This document shows, piece by piece, positions 18,178-27,605 of a DNA stretch of 64,000 nucleotides. The position numbers and the translations under genes are program-made. The stretch comes from an uncultured Chloroflexia bacterium (GTDB lineage Bacteria > Chloroflexota > Limnocylindria > Limnocylindrales > CSP1-4), in contig CAVVJT010000004.1 of the NCBI GenBank assembly GCA_963748625.1, positions 765,352 to 829,351 on the forward strand, in the 5' to 3' direction. Under the pieces are notes generated by a model. That model saw nothing but the letters and a program-made list of their open reading frames with translations. It was not told the origin of the DNA and ran no database searches. How positions within the stretch are numbered: the first letter of the stretch is position 1; every line of letters starts with the position of its first letter.

Positions 18178-20442
18178 GTGTCCGACAGTCGTCGCCGCTT
18201 CCGGGCCGGGATACCGGTCGTGGAGGCCAAGCTCCATCCGCCGCTACCGCGCCGCGGGGTGGTCGACCGCGAACGGCTGGTCCGGCTGCTCCTCACGGAG
18301 CCGGAGCCTTCGATCGTCTCGTTGATGGCCCCGCCCGGCTACGGGAAGACGACGCTCCTCACGCAGTGGGCGGCGCGCGAACGGCGACCCGTCGCCTGGC
18401 TGACGATCGACGACCTGGACAACGACCCGGCCATCCTGCTGTCGTACCTGGCCGTCGCCCTCGACCGCATCGTGCCGCTCGACCCCTCCATCCGATCCCG
18501 GCTCAGCGCCCCCAGGGAGCGGATCCTCGCAACCGCCGTGCCCCGTCTGGCCGCGGAGCTGCACGCGTGGAGGCGACCGGCCCTGCTGGTCATCGATGAT
18601 GTCCACCAGCTCGTCGACCGCACATGCCTTGACGCGCTCGCCTCGCTCATCGATCACCTGCCCCCCGGGTTCAGCATCGCCATCGCGGGACGGTCGGAGC
18701 CGGGGCTGCCCCTCGCGCGGCACCGGGCACGGGGCACGATGCTGGAGATCGGGCTCGACCAGCTCGCGCTAGATGAAGGTGAGACCGGCGAGGTGGTCGC
18801 CGCAGTCGGGCACGCCCTGGCCCCCGACGAGGCACGGACGCTGATGCTCCGCACCGAGGGCTGGGCCGCGGCCGTCTACCTCGCCGCCCTCGCCCGTCGC
18901 CCGGGTGGCGTCGAACAGGATGCGCTCGACACCGTCTCCGGTCGGGATCCCTACATCGACGCCTACCTGCGCTCCGAGATCGAGCGAGACCTTGGCGAGG
19001 AGGACGTGGCCTTCCTGACGCGCACGGCCGTGCTCGACACGATGACGCCGCCGGCCGCCGACGCCATCACGGGGACGACGGGAGCCGCGAGGCGGCTCCA
19101 CGCGCTCGCGCGAAGCAACCTTCTCATCCAGGAGGTCGGAGGTCCCGAACCGTCGTACCGCTATCACAATCTGTTGCGCGACCATCTCCTGGCGGAGCTG
19201 GAGCGACGCGAACCGGGGGTCGCGCCTGCGATGCACGGCCGCGCGGCCACGTGGTACGCGGCCATGGGCGACGTTGACCGCGCGGTCGAGCACGCCTTCG
19301 CGAGTGGTGATCTTGACGCGGCCGCGGGGCTGGTGACCGCAGCGGCACTGCCGGCGTTCTACGAGGGGCGACCGAACACGCTGGACCGATGGCTGCGCAG
19401 CTTCGGGCCTGCGGACTTCGAGCGCAACCCGCCGCTCGCCGTCATCGCGGCCTGGATCCACGTCCTCAACGGGCGCACGGACGCGACCGACCGGATGGCG
19501 GACGTCGCGGATCACACGCTCTTCACCGGGGTGCCCGGTGACGGCTCGGCCTCCTTCGAGTCGCAGCGGGCGATGCTCTGGGCGATCCTGGCCCGGCACG
19601 GCGCGAAGGATGTGCTCGCGAATGCCGAGCTTGCGGCGTCGCAGGAGGGCGCACGGAGTCCGTGGAGGACGAACGCGCTGTGGCTCCTCGGGTCGGCCCA
19701 CTACCTGCTCGGCGACGCGGGGGCAGCGGACACGACACTCGCCCAGGCGGTCGACTCCGGGGACGCCGCGGCAGCGTCGGCGATGGTGGCCGAGGCCAAC
19801 CGCGCAAGCATCGCGATGGCACGCGGGGACTGGCGGGCGGCAGAGCAGCTTGCTCGCCAGAGCCGCGCCGTGCTGACGCAGGCGAACCACGACGAGCTCC
19901 TCTCGTCTCTCCTCGTGTATGCCGTCGGTGCTCGCGTCAGCATCCATCTCGGCGACCTGGACCGCGGACGGGAGGACCTCGCGCGCGCACAGCTCGTCCG
20001 TCCCCTGGCCAGTCACGTGGCGCCGTGGTTCGCCGTCGACGCCCTGCTCGAGCTGGCGCGCGCCTACCTGGCCATCTCGGACCCCGAGGGCGCGCGGGTC
20101 GTCGTGCAGCAGGCGGAGCACATCCTCCGGCACCGCCCCGACCTCGGGCGGCTGACCGGGGATGTCATCGAGATGCGTCGGCGACTCGCGGACGCCGCTG
20201 CCACGACCGTCGGCTCGTCGACGCTCACGAATGCGGAGCTGCGCCTGCTGCCGTTGCTGACGACCTACCTCTCGTTCGAGGAGATCGGGGAACGCCTCTT
20301 CATCTCGCGCAACACCGTCAAGACCCACTCGATGTCCATCTACGGGAAGCTCCAGGCGTCGTCCCGCCGTGAGGCGGTCGAGCGAGCGGTCGAGCTGGGT
20401 CTGCTGGAGCCATTCCAGGACCTTCGGGCGCCGCGCACGTAG
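18178..20442 (+). CDS. MalT-like ATP-dependent LuxR regulator
   Basis: 'KLHPP', Walker A APPGYGKTT, 'TEGWAA', 'YRYHNLL', C-terminal LuxR HTH 'LFISRNTVKTH'. Confidence 0.92.
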   Translation: MSDSRRRFRAGIPVVEAKLHPPLPRRGVVDRERLVRLLLTEPEPSIVSLMAPPGYGKTTLLTQWAARERRPVAWLTIDDLDNDPAILLSYLAVALDRIVPLDPSIRSRLSAPRERILATAVPRLAAELHAWRRPALLVIDDVHQLVDRTCLDALASLIDHLPPGFSIAIAGRSEPGLPLARHRARGTMLEIGLDQLALDEGETGEVVAAVGHALAPDEARTLMLRTEGWAAAVYLAALARRPGGVEQDALDTVSGRDPYIDAYLRSEIERDLGEEDVAFLTRTAVLDTMTPPAADAITGTTGAARRLHALARSNLLIQEVGGPEPSYRYHNLLRDHLLAELERREPGVAPAMHGRAATWYAAMGDVDRAVEHAFASGDLDAAAGLVTAAALPAFYEGRPNTLDRWLRSFGPADFERNPPLAVIAAWIHVLNGRTDATDRMADVADHTLFTGVPGDGSASFESQRAMLWAILARHGAKDVLANAELAASQEGARSPWRTNALWLLGSAHYLLGDAGAADTTLAQAVDSGDAAAASAMVAEANRASIAMARGDWRAAEQLARQSRAVLTQANHDELLSSLLVYAVGARVSIHLGDLDRGREDLARAQLVRPLASHVAPWFAVDALLELARAYLAISDPEGARVVVQQAEHILRHRPDLGRLTGDVIEMRRRLADAAATTVGSSTLTNAELRLLPLLTTYLSFEEIGERLFISRNTVKTHSMSIYGKLQASSRREAVERAVELGLLEPFQDLRAPRT

Positions 20443-20568
20443 CGGCGCGTCCGGCCGGCGGATCGTGCCCGCATGGACTTGCGTCCTTGCGCACCCGTCG
20501 GAATGCCACCATCGAAAGGGGCCTGACGGACCCCGGTCCGGCAGCCGATCCACGGTAGGGTCACCTCC

Positions 20569-22197
20569 ATGGATGTCGTCATCATCGGCGGGGTCGCGGG
20601 CGGGATGTCCGCGGCGGCCCGGCTGCGCCGGCTGGACGAGCAGGCGCGCATCACCGTCATCGAGCGCAGCGGCAACGTCTCGTTCGCCAACTGCGGCCTG
20701 CCGTATCACGTGGGCGGGGTCATCGAGCAGCGCGATGCGCTGCTCCTGCAGACCCCGGCATCCCTCGGCGCGCGCTTCCGGATCGACGTGAAGGTCAACC
20801 ACGAGGCAGTCTCGATCGACCGGGCGGCCCGCACGGTGACCGTGCGCGATCTTGCCGACGGCACCGAGGACGTGCTGCGCTACGACGCACTGGTCCTGTC
20901 CCCCGGCGCCCGGCCCGTCCGGCCGCCGATCCCCGGCATCGAGCGCGCGCTCTCGCTGCGAACCGTCGAGGACACCGACGCCATGGTCGCCGCCGTCGCG
21001 GGCGCGCACTCGGCCGTCGTCATCGGCGGCGGCTTCATCGGCCTGGAGATGGCCGAGAACCTGGTCCACCGCGGCATCCAGACCGCGATCGTCGAGGCTA
21101 CGAGCCAGGTCATGGCCCCCGTGGACCCCGAGCTCGTGGACATCGTGCACCGCCGGATCCGGTCGCGGCATGTCGATCTTCGCCTCGGCGCGGCCGTCAC
21201 CGCGATCGGCCCGGACTCGGTGACGCTCTCAAACGGCGACGTCCTCCCGGCCGACGTGGTCGTGGCGGCCATCGGCGTGCGCCCGGAGACCTCCCTGGCC
21301 GAGTCGGCGGGGCTCGCCCTCGGGCCTCGCGGCGGCATCGCCATCGACGAGCAGTTCCGCACCAGCGACCCGCACATCCACGCCATCGGCGACGCCGTTG
21401 AGAAGCGCGACGCGCTCGATGGCGCCGAGGCGCTCGTCCCCCTCGCGAACACCGCCAACCGCCAGGGCCGCTTCCTCGCCGACGTACTCGCAGGCCGCAA
21501 GGGCACGGACCGGCCGGTCCTGGGCACGGCCATCGTGGGCGTCTTCGGGCTGCAGGTTGCGGTGACCGGCTGGAACGAGAAGCGCCTGCGCGCAGCCGGG
21601 CGTCCGTACCTCGCGATCCACACCCATCCCGGCAGCCACGCCGGCTACTACCCGGGCTCGGCCGGGATGGCCCTCAAGCTGCTGGTCGATCCGGCGGACG
21701 GGCGGATCCTGGGTGCTCAAGGCGTCGGCCGGGACGGCATCGACAAGCGGATCGACGTGATCGCCACCGCCATGGCGGGCGGGCTCACCGCCCCGGATCT
21801 CGCAGACCTGGAGCTCGCCTACGCGCCCCAGTTCGCCTCGGCGAAGGACCCGGTGAACATGCTGGGCTACGTCGCGCGCAACGCGCTCGAGGGCCTCACG
21901 CCGACGGTGCAGTGGCACGAGCTTGCCGACGCGATGGCGGCGGGCGCCGTGCTGGTGGACGTCCGCGATCCGGGCGAGCACCGCCGTGGTGCGATCCCGG
22001 GGTCGATCCTGCTGCCGGTCAACGACCTGCGCGAGCACCTCGACGGGATCCCGCGCGACCGCCCGGTCGTCATCCACTGTGCGGTGGGGGTCCGCGGGCA
22101 CACCGCGGCCCGGATGCTGCTCCAGCTGGGCTGGACGGACGTGCGCAACCTCGACGGCGGCTACACGACCTGGTCGGCGGGGATGGGCACGGCGTAG
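20569..22197 (+). CDS. CoA-disulfide reductase / persulfide reductase-like flavoprotein with a C-terminal rhodanese domain
   Basis: GGVAGG, SFANCGLPY redox Cys motif, GGGFIG, 'ELAYAPQF', rhodanese 'HCAVGVRG'. Confidence 0.93.
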   Translation: MDVVIIGGVAGGMSAAARLRRLDEQARITVIERSGNVSFANCGLPYHVGGVIEQRDALLLQTPASLGARFRIDVKVNHEAVSIDRAARTVTVRDLADGTEDVLRYDALVLSPGARPVRPPIPGIERALSLRTVEDTDAMVAAVAGAHSAVVIGGGFIGLEMAENLVHRGIQTAIVEATSQVMAPVDPELVDIVHRRIRSRHVDLRLGAAVTAIGPDSVTLSNGDVLPADVVVAAIGVRPETSLAESAGLALGPRGGIAIDEQFRTSDPHIHAIGDAVEKRDALDGAEALVPLANTANRQGRFLADVLAGRKGTDRPVLGTAIVGVFGLQVAVTGWNEKRLRAAGRPYLAIHTHPGSHAGYYPGSAGMALKLLVDPADGRILGAQGVGRDGIDKRIDVIATAMAGGLTAPDLADLELAYAPQFASAKDPVNMLGYVARNALEGLTPTVQWHELADAMAAGAVLVDVRDPGEHRRGAIPGSILLPVNDLREHLDGIPRDRPVVIHCAVGVRGHTAARMLLQLGWTDVRNLDGGYTTWSAGMGTA

Positions 22198-22251
22198 GTC
22201 CGGGCTGGTCCGCGCCCGCGTCCGACACCCGACAAGGGCGCCCTCAGCGCG

Positions 22252-22355
22252 CGCTGACTCGCGGCGCTGACTTGCCCGCTGACTCGCCCGCTGACTCGCC
22301 CGCTGCCTCGCGCGCTGACACGACCCGGAGTCGCCCGCTGACACGACCCGGAGTC
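22252..22355 (+). repeat. Degenerate 12-bp tandem repeat (CGCTGACTCGCC) followed by a 24-bp duplication
   Basis: Read directly in the convergent intergenic region. Confidence 0.8.
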
Positions 22356-22440
22356 ACCAGCACATGGTCCGTGCGGCGGGTGTGCAGCCAAGTCGAGGTT
22401 CAGCGCACAAGCCGTGCGGGAACGGGGCGCCGGTGACTCC
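22350..22440. repeat. ~90-bp imperfect palindromic element, copy 1 (REP/MITE-like)
   Basis: GGAGTCACC...GGTGACTCC termini, central GTGCAGCCAAGTCG; homologous to 52339..52428. Confidence 0.7.
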
Positions 22441-22444
22441 CACC

Positions 22445-22514
22445 GGTGTCACGGGAGCGGGTGTCACGGGAGCGGGTGTCACGGGCGCGGGCGTCACGGG
22501 CGCGGGCGTCACGA
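22445..22514 (+). repeat. 15-bp tandem repeat GG(T/C)GTCACGGG(A/C)GCG, about 5 copies
   Basis: Read directly. Confidence 0.9.
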
Positions 22515-22551
22515 ACGCGGGCCAGCCCCGGGGTCCCCGCATCGGACGGGT

Positions 22552-23805
22552 CTAGGCCACGCCCGAGGTGGGCACCTCGAGCCAGAACGCGGCGCCGCCC
22601 TCAGGCCGGTTGCGCGCGCCGACGGTGCCGCCATGGGCCTCGACGATCGCGCGGGCGATCGCCAGGCCAAGGCCCGACGTGCCGGTCCCCCGGTCGCGGC
22701 CGGCGTCGGCCTGGTAGAGCCGGTCGAACACGTTGGGCAGGTCCGCGGGCGGCACACCTGGGCCGTCGTCGGCGACCTCGAGGCGGACCATCCCCTCTTC
22801 GCCTGGGACGCGGCCAACCGTCACGTGACCGCCCACGGGCGCGAAACGTAGCGCGTTGTCCACCATGGTCGCCAGCGCTTGCGCCAGACGGTCGCGGTCC
22901 GCAGCGACCACCGGCGAGGGCGACGTGGCTGCCTCATGGGCGAGCTCCACGCCGCGCGCGGCCGCTCGTGCCGCGAAGGACACGACCACTGCCTCCGCGA
23001 CGGCATCGGCGGCCACCGGCGCCGGCCGCAGGTCCAGCGCGCCGGCGTCGGCCAGGCTGATCGTGCGCAGGTCATCGACCACGCGGGCCAGCAGGCGCGC
23101 CTGCTCGCGGATGGTCGCCAGGTGCCGGTCATCGTGCTCGTACACGCCGTCCATCACCGCGGCAGCCGTCGCCTCGATCACCGCGAGCGGGGTCTTCATC
23201 TCGTGGGCGGCGTCCTGGAAGAAGCGGCGCCTGGCGGCCTCGCCCCGCTCGAGGTCGGCGGCCATTGCGTCGAACGAGCGCCCCAGCGAGCCGAACTCGT
23301 CGCGACGACCCGCGATGCCCGAACGTGCCGCGAGATCGCCCTGGGCCACCGACGCGGCCACCTGCTCGAGCCGCTCGAGGGGCCGGGCGAGGTGGCGGGC
23401 GATGACGATGCCCAGCAGCGAGGCGACGGCGGCGGCGATCAAGGCAACCAGCGCGATCGTCTGGGTGGTCTCGGCCTGCGCCTGGGCGTAGTAGCTGCCG
23501 GGCGTGCCCGTGTCAGTTGGCGCGCCCGTCGCACCGGGGACAGTGCTGGCGAGCGGACCCTGGCCCATGCCGCCGCCCATGCCACCGCCCTGGCCCATCC
23601 CCGAGCCGTGCCCGGGTCCCTGGCCCTGGCCCTGGCCGGGACCCTGGCCGACGGCCGCGCCTCCACCCTGCATCATCGCGAAGCCGCGACCCACGATGGG
23701 CGGGGCAGCGATGGCAACGGCGACCGCCGTGGCGATGGCGACGAACGCGAAGGCGAGCGCGAGCCGAACCGCGAGCCCGTCAAGACGCCTGACGCGGCGG
23801 CTCAT
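22552..23805 (-). CDS. Sensor histidine kinase (HAMP, HisKA, HATPase)
   Basis: 'AAHEMKTPL', 'DNALRF', 'DDGPG', 'GLGLAIAR'; Gly/Gln/Met-rich extracellular loop. Confidence 0.93.
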   Translation of the reverse strand: MSRRVRRLDGLAVRLALAFAFVAIATAVAVAIAAPPIVGRGFAMMQGGGAAVGQGPGQGQGQGPGHGSGMGQGGGMGGGMGQGPLASTVPGATGAPTDTGTPGSYYAQAQAETTQTIALVALIAAAVASLLGIVIARHLARPLERLEQVAASVAQGDLAARSGIAGRRDEFGSLGRSFDAMAADLERGEAARRRFFQDAAHEMKTPLAVIEATAAAVMDGVYEHDDRHLATIREQARLLARVVDDLRTISLADAGALDLRPAPVAADAVAEAVVVSFAARAAARGVELAHEAATSPSPVVAADRDRLAQALATMVDNALRFAPVGGHVTVGRVPGEEGMVRLEVADDGPGVPPADLPNVFDRLYQADAGRDRGTGTSGLGLAIARAIVEAHGGTVGARNRPEGGAAFWLEVPTSGVA

Positions 23806-24539
23806 TGACGGGCGGCCCGGTAGCCGACGCCCCGGATGGTCTCGATGTACTCGAGGCCGGCCGGCCGCTCGCCCAGCTTGCGCCGCAGGTTCTTCACGTG
23901 ACTGTCGATCGTGCGGTCGAACGCGTCGAACGCCTCGCCGAAGACGCGGTCCCCGAGCTGCGAGCGCGTGAGCGTCACACCCGGCTGCGCGGCGAGGGCG
24001 GCGAGGAGGTCGAATTCGGCGCGGGTGAGCCCCAGGTCGGCGGCTCCCCTCCGGACCTCGCGGGCGAGCTGGTCGATCTCCAGGTCCAGGTATACGAGGA
24101 CGCCCGCTGGGGGGACGGAGGCGTCCGCAACACCCGCCGAGCCGGTCGCGCCGGCCGCGGAGGTCCCGACCTGGACAGCGGCCCGGCGCAGCACCGCACC
24201 TACGCGGGCAACCAGCTCGCGGGGCTCGAACGGCTTGGTCACGTAGTCGTCGGCGCCGATCTCGAGGCCGGCAACGCGGTCGATCACGTCGTCGCGCGCC
24301 GTCAGCAGGATCACGGCGGCGTGATTGCCCGAGGCCCGCAGCTCGCGCAGGACGTCGAAGCCGGATCGTCCCGGCAGCATCACGTCCAGGACGATCAGGT
24401 CGGGCGGGTTGTCCGACGCCGAGGCAAGGGCCGCGTCGCCGTCCACTGCGTACGTGACGGCGTACCCCTCGCGGGCAAGGTAGGACCCCACGATCTCGCG
24501 GATGTGGGGCTCGTCATCGACGACCAGGACGGTGCTCAT
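23802..24539 (-). CDS. OmpR/PhoB-family response regulator
   Basis: 'VLVVDDE', 'LDVMLP', 'GADDYVTKPF', 'RTIDSHVKNLRRKL', 'IETIRGVGY'. Confidence 0.95.
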   Translation of the reverse strand: MSTVLVVDDEPHIREIVGSYLAREGYAVTYAVDGDAALASASDNPPDLIVLDVMLPGRSGFDVLRELRASGNHAAVILLTARDDVIDRVAGLEIGADDYVTKPFEPRELVARVGAVLRRAAVQVGTSAAGATGSAGVADASVPPAGVLVYLDLEIDQLAREVRRGAADLGLTRAEFDLLAALAAQPGVTLTRSQLGDRVFGEAFDAFDRTIDSHVKNLRRKLGERPAGLEYIETIRGVGYRAARQ

Positions 24540-24601
24540 GTCGGGGTAATGGTAGGGGCAGGCCGGAGGAGGTATCGGCCTGCCCCGTGGAGTTCGGTTG
24601 A

Positions 24602-25273
24602 TCAGCTCGAGGGCGTCGTGGCGGTGGCCGGGCAGGTGCCGGTACCGGCTCCCCCGCCCATGCTGCCGCGCATCTGGCCACCATGGCCTGCACCCATCTG
24701 GCCGCCGTTCCCCTGGCCACCGGCCATCCCCCGACCGCCGCCCATTCCGGCGCCACCCTGGCCGCGCATCGATCCGTTCGGGCCGGCCCCGACGGCCGCG
24801 CCGCGCATGCCGCCCGGCGTGGTCTGGTCGACCATCGCCTTCGCCTGCTCGGCGACGTCAGCCTTGAGGGTGGCTGCCTGGTCGGCCGTGAGCGCGCCGG
24901 CGGTGACGCGGGCGTCGATCCGGATGGACCACGTGGCGGCCAGGGCGTCGACGAGCGTCTGGGGGTCGACCTTCTGCTGCGCGGCGATGTCGGCGAGGCT
25001 CTTGCCCGCCATGCGCAGCTCCTGCACCTGGGCATCGGTGAGGCCCAGCATCGCGGCGATCATGCCCGTGGTCTCGGGCGCCGGCGTGCCGGCCGGGGCG
25101 GGCGTCGCGGCCGGAGCCGTGACCAGAGCCGCATCGGGCGTGGCGGCCGGGGTGATCCAGCCATCAGGCGGCGCCCAGTTGCTGGTGGCGCCGGGGTCGG
25201 CTGCGACGGCGACCCCGGCGAGGAGGAGGACGCCGAGGCCGGCACCGGCGATCGGGGCCAGGAAGGACTTCAT
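24602..25273 (-). CDS. Secreted protein with a helical core and Gly/Met-rich tail
   Basis: Signal peptide MKSFLAPIAGAGLGVLLLAGVAVAA; 'IAAMLGLT...GKSLADIAAQQKVD'; AGAGG RBS. Confidence 0.75.
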   Translation of the reverse strand: MKSFLAPIAGAGLGVLLLAGVAVAADPGATSNWAPPDGWITPAATPDAALVTAPAATPAPAGTPAPETTGMIAAMLGLTDAQVQELRMAGKSLADIAAQQKVDPQTLVDALAATWSIRIDARVTAGALTADQAATLKADVAEQAKAMVDQTTPGGMRGAAVGAGPNGSMRGQGGAGMGGGRGMAGGQGNGGQMGAGHGGQMRGSMGGGAGTGTCPATATTPSS

Positions 25274-25352
25274 CAGGTGGGTACCTCTGTGTTCGTGCCC
25301 CGGACGGAGGACGCCCGATCCGGCGGCGAGGGCACCATCCTCTGCCGCGTTC

Positions 25353-25479
25353 GTGGAGCGCCGATGGACGGCGCGTGGAGATCGCGGGGATGTCCGCGGA
25401 TCCGGCATTCGGCCCCGGCTCCACACAACCTGCACAGCACCGTCGTCGTGCGTCCACGAAGGCTCCATCAGCGGTCCAC
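25353..25479. promoter_or_regulatory. Mirror-image triple direct-repeat boxes (probable OmpR-family binding sites)
   Basis: TCCAC-N6-TCCAT-N6-TCCAC on + at 25453-25479 and on - at 25353-25379; extra in-phase half-sites at 25420 and 25431. Confidence 0.7.
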
Positions 25480-25550
25480 GCTTCGCACGGACAGTGGCGG
25501 GGCAGCAGCCCGGCACGCCCTGCCGGCGCCCAACCGCCCGGAGCCTGTCC

Positions 25551-26495
25551 ATGACCGTCACCCCCGTCACGCTCACCGAACCGCCCGCGGCCCGCCGGCC
25601 TGCCGCCGGGATCCGCCGGCCACGCCGGGGCGTCGCCGCCCTGCGGGGCGTCCAGGGGTTCCGCCGCGCCGTCCAGGTTGCGGTCTCCGCCGTGATCGCC
25701 GTCCTCATCGTGAACCGGGCGGCCGCGGCAACCTCCGGGCCTGGCGTCACGAGCCCCGAGGCACTCTGCCCGTTCGGCGGCCTCGAGACGTTCTACACGT
25801 GGGCGACATCGGGCGGCTACGTACCGCACGTCCATGCGGCCAACGTAGTGCTCGCCGCTGCCGTGCTGGTCCTGGCCTTCGTGGCCCGCGGCGCCTTCTG
25901 CGGCTGGCTGTGCCCCCTGGGCTTCCTCCAGGACGTGTCGGCAGGCATCAGCGCGTTCGTCCAGCGACATCTCCCCGCCGCCCACCGCGGCATGCGCGCG
26001 CTGCGCAGGGCCGGCGCCCCGCTGGCCGTGCTCGACCGGCCGCTGCGCCTGCTCAAGTACGCGGTGCTCGCCTGGGCCCTGTGGGGCACGGCCGTCTTCG
26101 GCTACATGGTCTTCCGCGACGTGGACCCGTGGATCGCCCTGCTGGACATCGGCCGCGAGAGCGCAGGGTTCGGGATGGTCATCCTCGTCCTGACCCTCGT
26201 CGGCGCGCTGTTCGTGGACCGTCCCTGGTGCCGGTATGCGTGCCCGCTGGGCGCGGCCAACGGCATCGTCGCCCGCTTCAGCCCGGTCCGCCTGGAGCGG
26301 TCGGCTGCGGCCTGTGTGGACTGCAACCTGTGCACCCGCAGCTGCCCGATGGGGCTCGAGATCGCCAAAGCCAAGGTCATCACGTCGGCCGACTGCATCG
26401 GCTGCCTCGAGTGCGTCGAGGCGTGTCCTCGCGACGGCGCGCTCGAGCTCCGCATCGGCAGTCCCATCGCATTCCCCTTCGGAGGCAAGGCATGA
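25551..26495 (+). CDS. Membrane polyferredoxin (NapH/YccM-like 4Fe-4S binding protein)
   Basis: 'EALCPFGG', 'FCGWLCPLG', 'WCRYACPLG' and two CxxCxxCxxxCP motifs. Confidence 0.9.
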   Translation: MTVTPVTLTEPPAARRPAAGIRRPRRGVAALRGVQGFRRAVQVAVSAVIAVLIVNRAAAATSGPGVTSPEALCPFGGLETFYTWATSGGYVPHVHAANVVLAAAVLVLAFVARGAFCGWLCPLGFLQDVSAGISAFVQRHLPAAHRGMRALRRAGAPLAVLDRPLRLLKYAVLAWALWGTAVFGYMVFRDVDPWIALLDIGRESAGFGMVILVLTLVGALFVDRPWCRYACPLGAANGIVARFSPVRLERSAAACVDCNLCTRSCPMGLEIAKAKVITSADCIGCLECVEACPRDGALELRIGSPIAFPFGGKA

Positions 26496-26998
26496 GCACC
26501 ACCATCGACCCGGCAGCCGACGCCACCGGCGGCGCGTCTCCCGCCGGCGATCCTGTCCCCGTGAGCGCCGCTGCCGACGCACCCGCGCCTGTGGGCGGTG
26601 CCGCCGCCCGTGTGCCGACACCTGCCCAGCCGCGCCGACGGATCCCGCCGATGGTCTACGGGATCCTCGTGGTCGCCGTGTTCTTCGGTGGGATCGGGAT
26701 CGCGTACGCGGGAGGCGCCTGGCAGACCAGCGGTCGGATGGGCGGCCAGACGGGCGGCGAGACGGGTGGCGAGAGCAGGCCCACGCTCCAGGGCATGAGT
26801 GCCACCGAGGTCAAGGGCTGGATGCTGATCGGCGACGTCGCCGAGACATTCGGCGTCCCCTACGAGGACCTCCTGGCCGCCTTCGAGCTGCCCGCCGATA
26901 CTGCGCCCGGAACCGCGCTCAAGGAGCTCGAGAGCGAGCTGTTCTCGGTCATGGCCCTCCGGGAGTGGCTGGTTGCCGAGGGGTACGCGGCCGGGTGA
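26492..26998 (+). CDS. Membrane-anchored hypothetical protein coupled to the polyferredoxin
   Basis: ATGA overlap, GGAGG RBS, one TM helix, 'WQTSG', 'EVKGWM', 'FSVMALREWL'. Confidence 0.7.
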   Translation: MSTTIDPAADATGGASPAGDPVPVSAAADAPAPVGGAAARVPTPAQPRRRIPPMVYGILVVAVFFGGIGIAYAGGAWQTSGRMGGQTGGETGGESRPTLQGMSATEVKGWMLIGDVAETFGVPYEDLLAAFELPADTAPGTALKELESELFSVMALREWLVAEGYAAG

Positions 26999-27176
26999 CC
27001 GGTCCACGTCACGGCAGTGTGACCCATCGGTTAGCACAGCCGGACCACGGGCGGCGCCGACGCCGGGCGCCCGACGCCACCAGGTGCTGCGAACACCTAT
27101 CATCCTCCTCGCAGCGACGCTTGGGTGCTCCAGCCGCGCCGCCCTGACCATGTACGCCACCACCCCGAGGAACCCG

Positions 27177-27518
27177 ATGTTCTCGTCCCTGAAGCGCCTC
27201 TTCGCCGGCGCCCCCTCCATCACCATCGAGGAGCTCGACACGCTGCTCACCCAGCGGGCCGTCACGCTCATCGACGTGCGGGAGCCCAACGAGTACAAGT
27301 CGGGTCACGTCCCGGGCGCTGTCAACGTCCCCGGCGGCCAGCTCGACACACGTCTCGACCGGATCAAGAAGGACAAGCCGGTTGCGGTGATCTGCCAGTC
27401 GGGCAGCCGCAGCGCGAGCGCGACCTACTTCCTGCTGGAGCATGGTTTCGAGGGCGCCGTCTCGGTCCGGGGTGGCACCGGCGCCTGGCAGCGGAGCGGC
27501 CGCAAGACCGTCCGCTGA
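27177..27518 (+). CDS. Single-domain rhodanese
   Basis: 'IDVREPNEYKSGHVPGA', active-site 'CQSGSRS', 'GGTGAW'. Confidence 0.92.
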   Translation: MFSSLKRLFAGAPSITIEELDTLLTQRAVTLIDVREPNEYKSGHVPGAVNVPGGQLDTRLDRIKKDKPVAVICQSGSRSASATYFLLEHGFEGAVSVRGGTGAWQRSGRKTVR

Positions 27519-27605
27519 GGCAAGACCGTCCGCTGAGGGCGGTCCACGGGCGCGGGCGCCCTCGCGTGCCGCGGCCGCGTCGGCTCAGGCCTTCAGCACG
27601 TGGCG

